DNA of 64,000 nt from Blasia pusilla (taxonomy: Eukaryota): positions 44,640,001 through 44,704,000 of the forward strand of contig CM114271.1 in the NCBI GenBank assembly GCA_050084515.1. The letters are read 5' to 3'. This document shows positions 41,713 through 54,441 of the stretch, piece by piece. A program made the translations under genes and the position numbers. Under the pieces are notes generated by a model. It was not told the DNA's origin and ran no database searches. It was given only the letters and a program-made list of their open reading frames with translations. The first letter of the stretch is position 1. Every line of letters starts with the position of its first letter.

Positions 41713-44700
41713 CCACGGAACGCTTTCTACGCCGGAACTAGCGTACTGTATCGACTGTGATACCATCGCTCGTACCGACCGCTGGTTCTTGGACATGTAC
41801 ATTTACAATTACTCTATGGATCCACTTTTCCTTTGTTTCTAGACGCGCTAGCATCGGATGTGTTCAAAGCCACTTGCCGTCGCTGTTCACTTCCCCGATC
41901 TCCTTTTGTACAAACATCTGCCTCTGTCGCTCTCGGCACAATGGCTGGTAGAGGCTGCAAATCACTGTGCAGCAAGACCAATACTCGGGTATAGTAGTTA
42001 TAGCACAAATTGAGGTGATAAGTCTTGTGGATATATCTTGGTAGGGAAATGCCATTACCGCTATGTTCTTGGATATGTCTAGGACGGTATACGATACGGA
42101 TGAATAGAATCGATCACGATCTTCCCCGACTGTACCTGCGGTTGAGTGTTTACAACATCGAAGCTAGGTAGTAGTGTCACGCGCAGAGATCTTTATTCTA
42201 GACTGCCGCACGGACTGATGCGTTGGGTATGACGCATCATAGTCGAGAATAAAAGTTTGGATTCTCTGTGATCTGAGGTATCTGTTAGTTCATCGCCGAA
42301 TTTTGTGCATGTACACCCTCCTTGACTACGTCAATCTCTCTCCGAATTCCGGTAATGATGAACGTGTGTGTTCGAGACTTCTACATCTGACGTCTAGAAA
42401 GGGATGTAGCGTGCTCTCATATTGTTTACTTTCACCGTCTGGTATACTCTGATAATGGTGCCTCAATTCCTTGCATACTGTATACTGAAGGCTTTCCGAA
42501 GTAAAGGCCTTGACCGATGCAGTTATAGATTGCCGGCGACAGTGTGCTTGCTAGTCTTTTCAGGAAATGTAAGGATCTGCAGGAAGTTCTAGACGTAGCT
42601 GATTCGACGGACACTTTTTCCGCCGCCAATTCGGCCATATCGTCCCTCCAGATGCTGATAACTTGGAAATCGCTGGTCTTCAAGTGACGTAGAATTTCTA
42701 AGACGATTGACTTTACTCCATTGGGGGCACTGAAAGTCGACCATAAGATACCTGCTATCACTGCGTACACGATGTAGCCAAGATTTTTTGTACAGGAGGT
42801 GGCGCCGTGCACTGGTGTGTTACTGTGAAGCAGAGAGGTTGATTTGTGTCATTTCCTGAGCTAATGAATTATCGAGTGGCGTAGATTCAGAGTTCTGCAG
42901 AAAGCGGAGAAATTGTACTTCAAGCAGTTGGCGACTTGCGACGGCCAGACACTCCTGACAATGGTGTACTCTGTCCTCACATCGCAGTGTTCAAAATTCA
43001 GCAACATTTGCTGCCGAGGTTTTCATGCAGAGTTTGTTCCGCTTGAGGCCCATGGTAGTTAGTTAGGCGCGTCGACGACTTTTGAGCGATCTTTAGCACC
43101 CTTGCGGATCCCGCAAGATGTCTAGACTATGCATTCAGATGGTTCAGATTACGAGACGATGGTCGTGATCTACAGTACTCATTTAAGGTCGGCCTGGCAA
43201 TCGTCACTTCACTCGGGGCCGTCTTGCGCTCTGGATGTTTAAGTCCCTGTCACCATCGCTTTACCAGCAAATTGCCACTGCCAGACGTGAGCTGAATCGA
43301 TCCTCATCGCTAACGGACCCTGTTCTGTCCGCCGCGCGTTCTCTCTATCCCGAAGGGGAAAAGTTCTGTACTTAGAAAGACTTGCGTAAAATGGACACGT
43401 AGATTGGCAATCTACATTCAAAAACCACCCCACCAATCACTTTACATAAGAGTTCAAAACCGTTCCGCACTCAAGATAGTCATGGATTCCCGCCAAAAGG
43501 CACTCGTATCGTACGTCATGCTGCAGATACGCAGGCACCTAGTGTATGCCAAACTCATTTGAATCTCTCTAAGCTTATTTTCGTTCTCGTACGTCAAATC
43601 TTAGAGCATTATCTATGAGTAATTTTCCAAACTTGTCGCCGGACAACGACCTCTGCCACTACTCTGCGCAGCCGCTCTCTCTTCCCGTCTAATCACCATA
43701 ATGCCGATTTCACTATAATTTCACCTCGTGCTGACGAAGCCGGGCATTTACTCCTGCACACTTCCGCGAAGCAGTTGTCGATTTCCGAGACAACAATAAT
43801 TGACGCTCTGATCCTCTACGCTTGGAAGAAAGTTCTCGTAGTCCTTGGAACTGCTCGTAAAACACCTCGGGATCGGGATGAAACTTCCAATAACTGACGA
43901 GGCACAGGCGACGACAAAAGTGTAACCCTCGTCCTCCACTACCCTGGATAGCACATCGATAGGATGTCATGAGAAGCTCCAGATCTTCAGGACAGAACAA
44001 GCCTCATCGCTTCTGCTCTAACTAGATGAGGGCGGGGGAGTGTCGCAAGGAATTGCCGTGAGATATGGGATCTTTGGTGGCAAGACATTCGCGTGGTCGG
44101 ATACATGATCCACTGCCACAGAGTTCCCTAAACTCAACTCAAGTTCATAATAAATCTGTAATCCTCATAAAAGCTGTTATCTGCAAAGTATCCAAGTAGC
44201 ACAAAAAGAGAAGATGGGTAGCCTAAGCCCAACGATTGATTCAAGGCAGCTGCACCGCTAGCGAAGAAGCAGCCAAAGATAAATAACCACAATTCCCAGA
44301 AGCAGACACTTCCAAAACCGCTTCAAAACCCTAATGAAGGGGTGACCAACCCATGCAAGAGTGGAGGTGAGATTGGTAGATGCCCAACTTGCCAAGCCGG
44401 TTTTATTCGCGCTAAGCCGTAGAAATCCATGAGGCCACACAGGTTGCTGGGCAGTCTCAACGAGTCTTTTTGGAGAGTGAGAGACGGGCCTGCGACCTCC
44501 ATATCACACGTCCAAAGCCCGGTAAGAAGTGAGAAATCTTGGGCGGGTGCTGGATTCAGTGCTCAGATCATAAACAGAGTGATCTGTTGTTCTTAACTTT
44601 GGAATAATCCGAAAGAGAGTCTAGAGATGGTACAAGACTTCACACTGACACAGCATTGCAATATGGACTACTGCCCAACCCTGCCTCCTAGTTTCTCATC

Positions 44701-44875
44701 AAAACGTGTACTAGAAAATTTCTCACTGGCTCTTGGCAAAGTGACGGCGTTCTTTACCAACTCTTCGGCCCTATTTATGGGAAGAAAATGAGTATCTGGA
44801 ATTTAGTCCAGACAGTTCCCTAATTGAAGTAAAAGCAGTACAGTCCAATCAAGAGGGGAGGTTGCCCAAGCAAAA

Positions 44876-46965
44876 TTACTGCTTGATAAACCCTTCCACC
44901 TTCTGTAACCAGCGCATGTACTCCCGTTGCTCCTTGTCATCCAGGAGCTTGAACAGGAAGTCTACCAATTCCCTATTTACGCCTCGAGCTTTTATGTACT
45001 TCTCAAACTGGTTCTGGAGCTCCTCATCCAATTGCCTGACATGCAAAGTCACAAGCAAGTAATCAAAGAACAGTGAGGAGTCGAGACACAATAAACCCCA
45101 CGACCCAACAATCCCTACTAGAGACACTGGAAGTTCTTGAGACAACGTGACTCAGTTGCTGAGTGCCATCAGCTTATTGACACTGCACCGATACCAGAAG
45201 TCTGAAGTCGGAAAGGCAGCCCTTAAAACCGGCCACCCTACCCCACCCCACCCCAACTCACCTCACCTCACCTCATCCCACCCATCACAGGCTGACTAGT
45301 CTCTCTCCAAGAGCTCACGAACTTCTCAATTCCAAACGAAAGGAAAAAGCCAACCTTCGAAGTCCCACTTCTCTAGAGTGAGATTCAAACTTCTGAAAAA
45401 CAGAGAAGAAACCGACGGACAACTTACAAGAAATTAGGACCGTCGTACAAAGCATCCCTCGAATCCTTATCCTCCCAGAAGTAGACATGGTCAATTGAGA
45501 TTTCATTCCCGTACGATGCAGCGCTGATTTCCAGCGTGGGGTTGTCGCTACCCTTGTTGACTGTGATCGTCATGTTCACGCATGCGGCACTCTCATCGTC
45601 TCTCTCCTCGTCACTCTCTTCCATCGGCTCATCATTTTCATGATTCTCGCCGTAAGCATCCGGCTGATACACACATGCGACTGCAATATCCTCTTCGCCA
45701 TACGATCTGCGGAGAATCACATCTGCATGACCTTGCTTGTCGGTCAAGGTCCACGGCTTCGGTGGACCCTTCGAGACATCCTGTTCACAAGAAACCGTCA
45801 GACCAAAGATTGTGGGAACTCAGAGAGACAATTCCCGCCATCAGAACGACATACATGGACCTGGCATACTGGAAGCGTTGGCAGTCTCGTGATCCTGGCG
45901 GAATCATACAAGGAACTGCAGCAATTGCGTCGTGACCTAAATACACCTGAAGCTCACGAACTAAGAGGATCAAAGAGCCACCTACAAAGCTGATTCATTC
46001 ATCGATCACCACCCAGGGCCATCGCAACACCTCCAAATTTCAAGGTCATCTTTCAAGCATTTCCTTCTATACATAGGAAAGGACCGCAACCTCACCCATG
46101 CCCCCGCGGCGGATGACTAAGTGCATTGGCCTGTGTACCGAGGCTTCTCACTGGCATCTTTCTTCGATGACACACGGAAAGAATTTGGTCGATGGCCCTG
46201 AGGAGAGTGGAGGAGGTTTAACTACTTAAACCATAAACCCTAGATCAAAAGGAAGAAAGCGTGCAAGCAGTGCGCTAAAATTGAAGTGGATCACAACCCT
46301 CGCAATATGGCATGAATGAATCATAGATTGCGTGGAAGACAATTCCTCCATAAACCAGACCTGCAGACTCACGCAGACTAACAGCTTGAACTAACTGATA
46401 GATTATCGCCTGCTTGAGACCGTCAAGAAACGAATATTAAATCTCGTCCAACTCGATACGATTTTCTTTGTCTCCCCAATCGCACTAGTTCTTATGTCTA
46501 CACTACGGCCAGAAGTCACTACCCTACCCCATGCTCTACGCTCATCGCACTTTCTACGATCGTTCAACGGAAACGAATGATAAGTCAAAGGCAGAGACTG
46601 GAAAGACCTAATCGGGACTCCCACGGGAACCAAAGGCGAAACGAGGAAACATGGGAATGAATCAAGGAAAAGACAGGCAGAAACAATTGCTAGATCCGAC
46701 GCACCTTAGGCTGAGAATAACTCTTCCTCTCGTGATCCAGCTCGGCTCTGAGAACCGAAAGCAAGCCCCCGTCCGACTCCCGACCAACCTCCCGGGCTGT
46801 GGACGCCATTCGCGAGAGCGTCCATAGGGGCGCTCTGGCAGCAGGGGCAGCGACTTCACAAAAAGTCTTCCGGAAGCCATTCACTGAAGGCTGCTCGACG
46901 AGATACCGTGCGGCGCATCGCCTCAGCGGGGCCGCAGCTCTTCGCAAGACCTTCAAAGCAGCCAT
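44876..46965 (-). CDS. Mitochondrial acidic matrix glycoprotein (MAM33/C1QBP family), 3 exons, ~257 aa
   Basis: Exons 46965-46705, 45780-45428 and 45035-44876 join in frame. Arg/Ala-rich presequence, LLSVLRAELDHE, LTDKQGHADVILRRSYGEEDIAV, an acidic loop, and YDGPNFLQLDEELQNQFEKYIKARGVN...KEQREYMRWLQKVEGF. Confidence 0.93.
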
Positions 46966-48313
46966 GATGTCGATCCCTAGCTCCTCTCTCCCTGATCGGC
47001 CGACAGAAGGCGAATCTACCGACCTCCAGTGACCCAATTCTTTCCCTCTTTCGCAGGTCGCACGCCAATTGCAAGCCGCACCTCAACACTCACGACTGTC
47101 AGTCACTCTCTGCATTCCCGACTTGAGACGGCGGAGGGTCTCCTTCTGATCGTATGCGATGTTTTCCTTTCCGCATGTATGGGATGGGATGGGCATCACA
47201 CGATCAGATGACGGCTTTCCTTGGAGTCAAAGTGCATTCTGTTTCGGACTGCGTAGGGTTATTCTTTTCCTTCCATCCATCCATGGGGAGATTCTTGAAA
47301 TATGCGCATCTTTTTATTCTTCGGAATTCCGGACGTTTCGGAGGACGTCTACTTAAATTTGGAACTAGGAATCTTCTTTGCCCATTAAAGTTTTAGTATT
47401 AAAAACTATTATTATTATGTTTTTTAGAATTAATGTTAGTATTTATGATCACAAAATTTTATTAAAAAAATGTTTTATATTTCGGGGTTTAACTATAAAT
47501 TGTAAAGTTTTTAAAGAGTTTTTTTTGGTGTAAAGTTTATTATGTTGTACACAAATTCAAATTTTTTCATCGTATGTAGCATATGAAATATTTTTTTGTG
47601 CCTCGTTATCACGTGTCAAACATAAAGGTGTTTGCAAATCAAGAAGGCACTCTCATGTAATATTATAGATAGATAGGTGTGGGATGTTGGTCCCCAAGAA
47701 AAAAAATGGTTTTGTATCTAAAAATTTTTAACAAGAGAAAATTTTAGTTTCATTTGTTCGAAAGTATCCTAGAATGAATCTTTACGACCCCTAGCGCCAT
47801 TGAATGCTTCTATTTATTTTTGTACGAAGTGAAGCGCATTTAAGTTATTTGGACAGAAGTTGGATCTAGAATGGCAAAGCTTGTTGTGGGTTTTTCGCAT
47901 ATGTGAAAATCCTCTTGAATATGGCAAATGTGGCATGTGTGCTAGAGGATTTGTATGGTTTTGCTCCCACAGTGCAGAGTTTCTCTCTTCTACAATCGAG
48001 ATTGTAGTGGTAGTTTAGTCCTTCCTCATGACTATATTTCTAGGAGGATCCATGGCTAAGGCCTCTTATTTAAATATCATGTTGTTGAAACCAATGCCTA
48101 CGTTGAATATAATACCTTAGTAGCATGGGAGGGCCCTCTTATGATCCTCATGCACCCCTTATATATACTTCTTTAATATCTAATAAATCACACATTTTTG
48201 TTTCATTGTAAATAGTAAGGACAATTCTACTAGAGATAAAGAGCACAAAACAAAGCAAGATTGATCATGCACCCCTCTCTTCTTCGTTTGCCGCATATTT
48301 CTTATGTGTAAAT

Positions 48314-48314
<1 letters not shown>

Positions 48315-48407
<93 letters not shown>
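48315..48407. repeat. (CT)n microsatellite
   Basis: Direct sequence. Confidence 0.98.
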
Positions 48408-48410
<3 letters not shown>

Positions 48411-49854
48411 CATCAAGCGGTAGATGACCAAGAGGTTAGCTGAACAAACATAAGGTCCTCTTGAAGAGGTCTTGGGTTCAACTCTCCCCTTGGACAAGTG
48501 GGGCGGTCTCAACCCCTGCAAGGCGTGGCGTCCCCTACCTAGGGCATGGATGGTCCATGTTCGAGAGAGAGAACACCTTGTGTGCCTTTCATGTGTGTGC
48601 CTTGACTATGCTCCCAGGTTAAAAATCTGGATAAAATTCCACGCCTTCACAAAAAAAACAAAAAAAAACAAAAACCAAATCTCCTGAGTGAGAACCCCAA
48701 ATCTAGATGTGAAGGTGCCAATGTCGGATGCAATGTCAATTTCACATATGTGGAAGGGAGCCCATAAGCCAGATCGGCTTTCCGTGGACTAAAAATCTAC
48801 TCTACTCTACTCTCTCCCCGTTACATGTTAAGACTTATATGTTAAGGTCAAAAAACTTCTATCATATGCATGACTCATGAGGATTCAATTATAATTCCAT
48901 TAGGGAATCCGAACTCTAGCATCCAAGCTTATGCCAACCTAAAAGGTTGAGTACTCCAAAGGCTCAACATGATAAAGACAGCTAGGGAGAGCCATCTCCC
49001 TCACCTTTATACCTTTGGGAAGGGCCAAACAACTCTTCCCCCATAAATAACCAAAAGACGATAACATAGGCATGCACACATGAGTTATCGAATGACCATT
49101 GACTTAGTCAATGGGTCATTTGCCCCAAATAGCAAAAGAGAGGGTTTATCCCAAACGAGATAAAAAAATGAAGATCTTGAAGCAATAGAGATGACGCCAA
49201 CCTCATCCAATCACTTAGGAAAATTTTGCCCAAACAACTCGTTGACTCCCTACGTCGATGATACAGTAGAATTATATTTGTCAATCAACTGTAATGTGTT
49301 AGTTGTTATGCATATGCACATCACCACATAATCCACATCATTCATCACTTCTAAATAAAAACATTATCGATCTTTCCAACACACAAGTAAATCTACATAC
49401 ATACAACAAGATGCCCACATATATATATACCAAGACCCCATAACGGCCTCCCTAACTAGAAGTTGGATCTCTTAACTCCAAGTAGCACAAATTACATCCA
49501 CATGAAATAATGCACTACCCTATATACATATGGGACACAATTGTCATTCCCTGGAAATCAAGTGATGAGAGGGATTAGGCAGACATATGCCACCCTCTAG
49601 AACAATCATCATACACCAACATGGTGGGATGCACCCTTCAAAAATCTATGTAACATACACATCAACCTTGCAAGTATCATTGCTAAGCTCGAATATATTG
49701 TCTCGTCCACATCCGGAGTATAGCATCACGCATAGTTGTGTTTATAATCCTCCCAAATAATTGAAATCACACCATATCATCCCTCCAACATGAGGACTTT
49801 GATAGGTTACACCTTGTGCACATGTAAAATTGTGTGTCGTATAATAACATGCAG

Positions 49855-52800
49855 TGTCATAGGTATTTTCTATGGAAAGAAGCATAATTGGTGGGAAATG
49901 GCTCTCACACTCACACACCACCATGGTAAACAAAATTTGCAATCAGAGAATGAGTGGAGGCTGGTCCTCTTCACAATTATATAAGGTATATACAAGCAAC
50001 CCTAACCCTAACCTTAAGCATAGTCTCGAGTTAGACTGATTGTGATTAACTAACCCTAGTTAAAATAATAACGTTTAACTGACTAACCAAGATTGAGCTT
50101 CCCTACTTTGTGTGAGTACCAAATATAATAGTTCATGTGTCTCATGAGCTTGATTGTAACTCAGTCTTCAATACTCCCCATCAAGCTCATATCGATATCT
50201 CTAATGCCTAAATCATTTCTAAACATCTCAAACTTATCTCTAGACAACTAACATATCAGCATCTGTGAATCCTTGTAATTGAAAACTCGGAGAAGGTTCA
50301 AATTGAAGCCTGAATTGAATAGAGAATTTTACTTACCACATAATCCTCCTCATAGCATCAAGGTGAGGTTTTCGAGGTGCTTGCATAAACTGGCTCACTA
50401 GGCCAACAACATAGCTCAAATTTGGTCTGATAATGGTTAGATAGATTAAACTTCCAACCATGCGTCTGTACATATTAGAATTTGCAAGCATCTCTCTTTC
50501 ATCCACTCTTAGCTTCACACTCTGGTCCAACGGTGTAGAGATTGGCTTACAAGCCGTCATATCATATTTTGAAAGCATATGAAGAGCATATTATCGTTGT
50601 AGTAACCACATGCTCTCTCCAACCTTGATAAACTCAATACCAAGGAAGTATTTGACTTCTCCCAAATCCTTCATATCAAATTCTGCTTGTAACTTAAGCT
50701 TGACTTGTTGTCCCATTTTTTTAATACTCCCAGTAATCAGGAGATCGTCAACATACAACACAATAATAACCATATGATCTTGTCCTCTCAAGACATATGA
50801 CGAGGAGTCAGAATCACATACCCTAAAACCCAACTCTTGTCAGACGTATGTAATCTTGCCATAGCAAGCTCTTAGAGCTTGTTTGAGCCCGTATAGAGCT
50901 TTCTTCAACCTGCATACGTGAAATAGAAACTTGGGATGCTCATATTCAGATGGTTGAGTCATATTGTCGCGACCCTCATAACCAAACAACACCAAATACG
51001 CGCCAAGCGAAACATCAGAACTCAAAGGAACTCACGCCGCGAGGTTTGCGCTTTGGAGAGGCGTTTGGTAGAGTCTCTTGGAAAAGTCTAAGAGACGAAA
51101 CGCGGAACAGAGTTGTGCATTTCATGCGTTAGTGGTCGCGACCAGGAAACCTAGACCAAACGCGAGCCGAGACTTGAGATGAGTTGAGTCTTGGAGGTTG
51201 GTTGCCAAAGAGGTGAGAACCAGTTTGGAACATGACTAGCGTTTGGGAGAATCTGACTGTGTTTAGGATCATAACGTTGAGCTCCGAGATGCGTTCGGGA
51301 CAAGTAAGGGCGCGTTGGAAAGCTAATCTTGAGACGCTTCCAACGCACCAAAGATCTCAGCAAACGCATAAGTACAGGCTGAGATATTGGCCGAAAACGA
51401 TTCAGAGAGCAATCGGGTTGAGGGCCATTGAGGGGCCCAGGTGTCTTTCCTAAATGTAGGGGCCCCGGAGATCCCAGAAGTACTAGTAAGGGGAGTACCT
51501 TCTCTGAGATGTCTTGGGAAACGAAACCCCACTTTGGGCGCCAAACGGCGTTTGAGGCACGGATGAAACGGGAGTTTTGGTGCGAAACCCAAACCCAAAC
51601 CCGATCCAAGGGAGTGGACTTTGTACGCCACACTTGGATTCCAACCGAGATTCAAATGCGAGTCTTGGTGAGGAACTCATTGGATGTTCATCGGACAGCT
51701 TGGAACCGCTTAGGCGCGAAACGCGCTTTCAGTTCCTAAAACCGACAGAAAGTCCGTCCCAAGTCTTTCGAGACTTGCCCGTGTTGGAAACCGCGAAACT
51801 AGGAAGGTTGAGCTTGAAGAGAGAGTCCGAGACGAGAACTCGGAAAGTAATCCCGCTGATTGATCCAAGACCCGACTAACCGGTGCGTGTTTGGATGCAG
51901 TCGGCGTTGAGAGCGTGACTCATCAACGCACGCTCGCAACAAACAAGATTAACGTTCAAGGAGAGTAGGAGCACGACACATATATACCTCCTTGTATAGA
52001 TCTCCATTCAAGAAGGCATTCTTGACGTCCATGTGATGCAATCTCCACTTCTTACTTAATGCAGCTGCAACCACTATTCTCGTAGTCGTCATCTTTGCAA
52101 TAGGGCTAAATGTTTCCTCATAATCGATGCCATATTGTTATGCATAGCCCTTAGCCACCAATCTCGTTTTGTATTTGTTAATTGTACCATCTTGATTGCA
52201 CTTGATTTTGTAAACCCATTTGTAACCAATAGCTTCCTTACTAGAAGGTATATCAACTAGTTCCCATGTCTATTGATGTCTCAATGCAGCAAGCTCTTCC
52301 TCCATAGCTTCAATCTATTCCATTTTACTTGCAGCTTCTTCAAAACAACTCGGCTCCTATTCTTGAAGGGTAGTTATCATATATGCATGATGTGTCGCAA
52401 GGAAACCTTCATTTATAAATCTATGCATTGGATGTGTAACTCTACTTGATCTACGAAGTTGTTGATCAGAGGTAGATGCCTCTAACACTTGACTCGAGCT
52501 TTGACTAGTGTCAACAGACTGAATACGTACTCTTCCCGTTCATGGACTCATGGATTAAACTGATGAATCTAGGACTTCTCATAATCCTCCACTAGTACTT
52601 GGGGAAGTTGAAGACAATGTCTATTGGTTTACAATCATATTCCATCCCTCAACACGCGAGTTTAGAGGTGAAATAGGCTCAGATGGAGCATACCATGACT
52701 TTAGCTCATCAAAGACAATATCCCGACTAATAATAAGCTACCTAGAGGATGGAATGTAGCACTTATACCCCTTAGTTCCATTAGCATAGTCAATGAAGAT

Positions 52801-54441
52801 ACATCTTTCAGACTTGAGGTCTAATTTCTGATGTCTCTTAGAAGGAACATGAGCATAACAAATACAACCAAATACTTTCAAGAAGGAAAAATCAAGTCTA
52901 CTTCATGTGAAGACTTTGAATGGAGTTTTATCATGAACTCCTACTGTTGGAGTTTGGTTGATTAAGAAGACTGCACATGCTACAGCCTCTGCCCAATACA
53001 CCTTAGGCATGTTCTTCTCATTCAGCATAGCTCGTGCCACTTCAGCAATATGTCGATTCTTCCTCTCGACCACTCCATTTTTTTGTGGATTGTAACGACA
53101 AGTCACCTGACGTTGGATGTTATTGTGACGTAAATAGTGATCAAACTCTGTTGAAAGATACTCTCCTCCTCTATCACAACGCAATTTTAGAATGTGTTGT
53201 CCAGTGTGCTTCTCTACTAGAACTCTGAATGTTTGGAACATTGAGAATACTTGAATTTCAGAAAGTATACCCATATATACCTAAAGAAGTCATCAATAAA
53301 TGAAACAAAGTACTAACAATCACTAAGGCTATGTTGTGATATTGTCCACACCTCATTGTCGATCAACTTCAATATCTTTGATGCTCTTCTACCTTGCTTT
53401 GGAAAAGGAAATCTATCTTGTTTTCCAAATTGGCAAGCAGGACATACCTCTAACGTAGGAGGAATCGCTAATTTATGGAGTCTTATTACTATATTAGATG
53501 ATGAAAGACTCTATAATCTTTGAATATTCATATGTCCTGTGAGCACAATTGCAGGATCTTTCACTGGCTCCAAACTATTTAACCATTTAGCCTGTGAGGT
53601 CATGTGATATGATGCACCAGAGTCAATCTACCAATCTGTTGTCGAGTCTTTCTTGACCATTGCTCCCATATGATGAGTCATGACCAAGAGATGCTCCGTT
53701 TGTGAATGTTATTATTCTTGGTACTGCTCTTGATGTTGTTGCTCCACATTTTTTTGTTGCTGTAAGGCTCTTGTTCTCATATCTGCCTTCTTCTTGAAGC
53801 AAAATTTTGCATAGTGACCCTTTATCCCATAGTAATTGCAAGATCCAAGGACCCTTTGCTGTTGACCTCGACTCCAACGGTTTCCACCATCACCACCTTG
53901 TGATTGTGTCTGGTACTGGTTTGTAGTTGATTGAGTGACGTTATACTGAGTGTCTCTTCCTCCATATGCTTGATATCCACCACAAGCACGGAAGCTTCTA
54001 CCACGATCCTTGCCTCTATTTGATCCATAACCTATAAATAGCGCACTTTCTTGCAGACTAGATGAGCTACCGCCGCCTACTAGGCATATTTCTTCACTAA
54101 TTAACAGTGGGACTAACTCTTGAAAGGTTGGATACTTCTCTCTCATAGAGATAGAGATCTCAAAGGACTTGTAATATTTTGGAAGGCCTTGAAGAGTGAA
54201 AAAAATCAGATCATCATCTTCTATTGTCACTCCAATGTTATTCAATTGATCAACAATATGTCTGATATTCAAAATATAATCATTGATGCTCTTCTATCCT
54301 TTCCTCACTTCGTTCAATTGCTGTTTCAATTGAAGCTTTGTGGCCTTTGTATATATCTGGAACATTTTTTCTTTGGAGTATCAACATCTTGAACGTGACT
54401 TATCATCGGCGAACTGATCGTTGTCATGACCATACGGATTA
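49855..54441 (-). mobile_element. Degenerate Ty1/Copia LTR retrotransposon; 5' end displaced by the Gypsy insertion
   Basis: Gag with knuckle CNYYGIKGHYAKFC, protease IDSGASYHMT (~53600-53630), integrase LRCDRGGEY...NGVVERKNRH, RT CRLKKALYGLKQA / LYVDDLLITG / YRRMVGSLIYLTIIRP. RNase H is mostly deleted. Polypurine tract at ~50171-50185; putative 3' LTR ~49855-50170 (TG...CA). Confidence 0.92.
50965..51978. mobile_element. Solo LTR (1014 bp) inserted in the Copia RT
   Basis: TGTCGCG...CACGACA termini; 5-bp TSD CATAT at 50960-50964 and 51979-51983. Confidence 0.9.

Noticed and set aside
51151-51879. ORFs of 100-160 aa inside the solo LTRs (also 60275-61036)
   Set aside because: No domains, present in several frames on both strands, and not conserved as a frame between the two copies.
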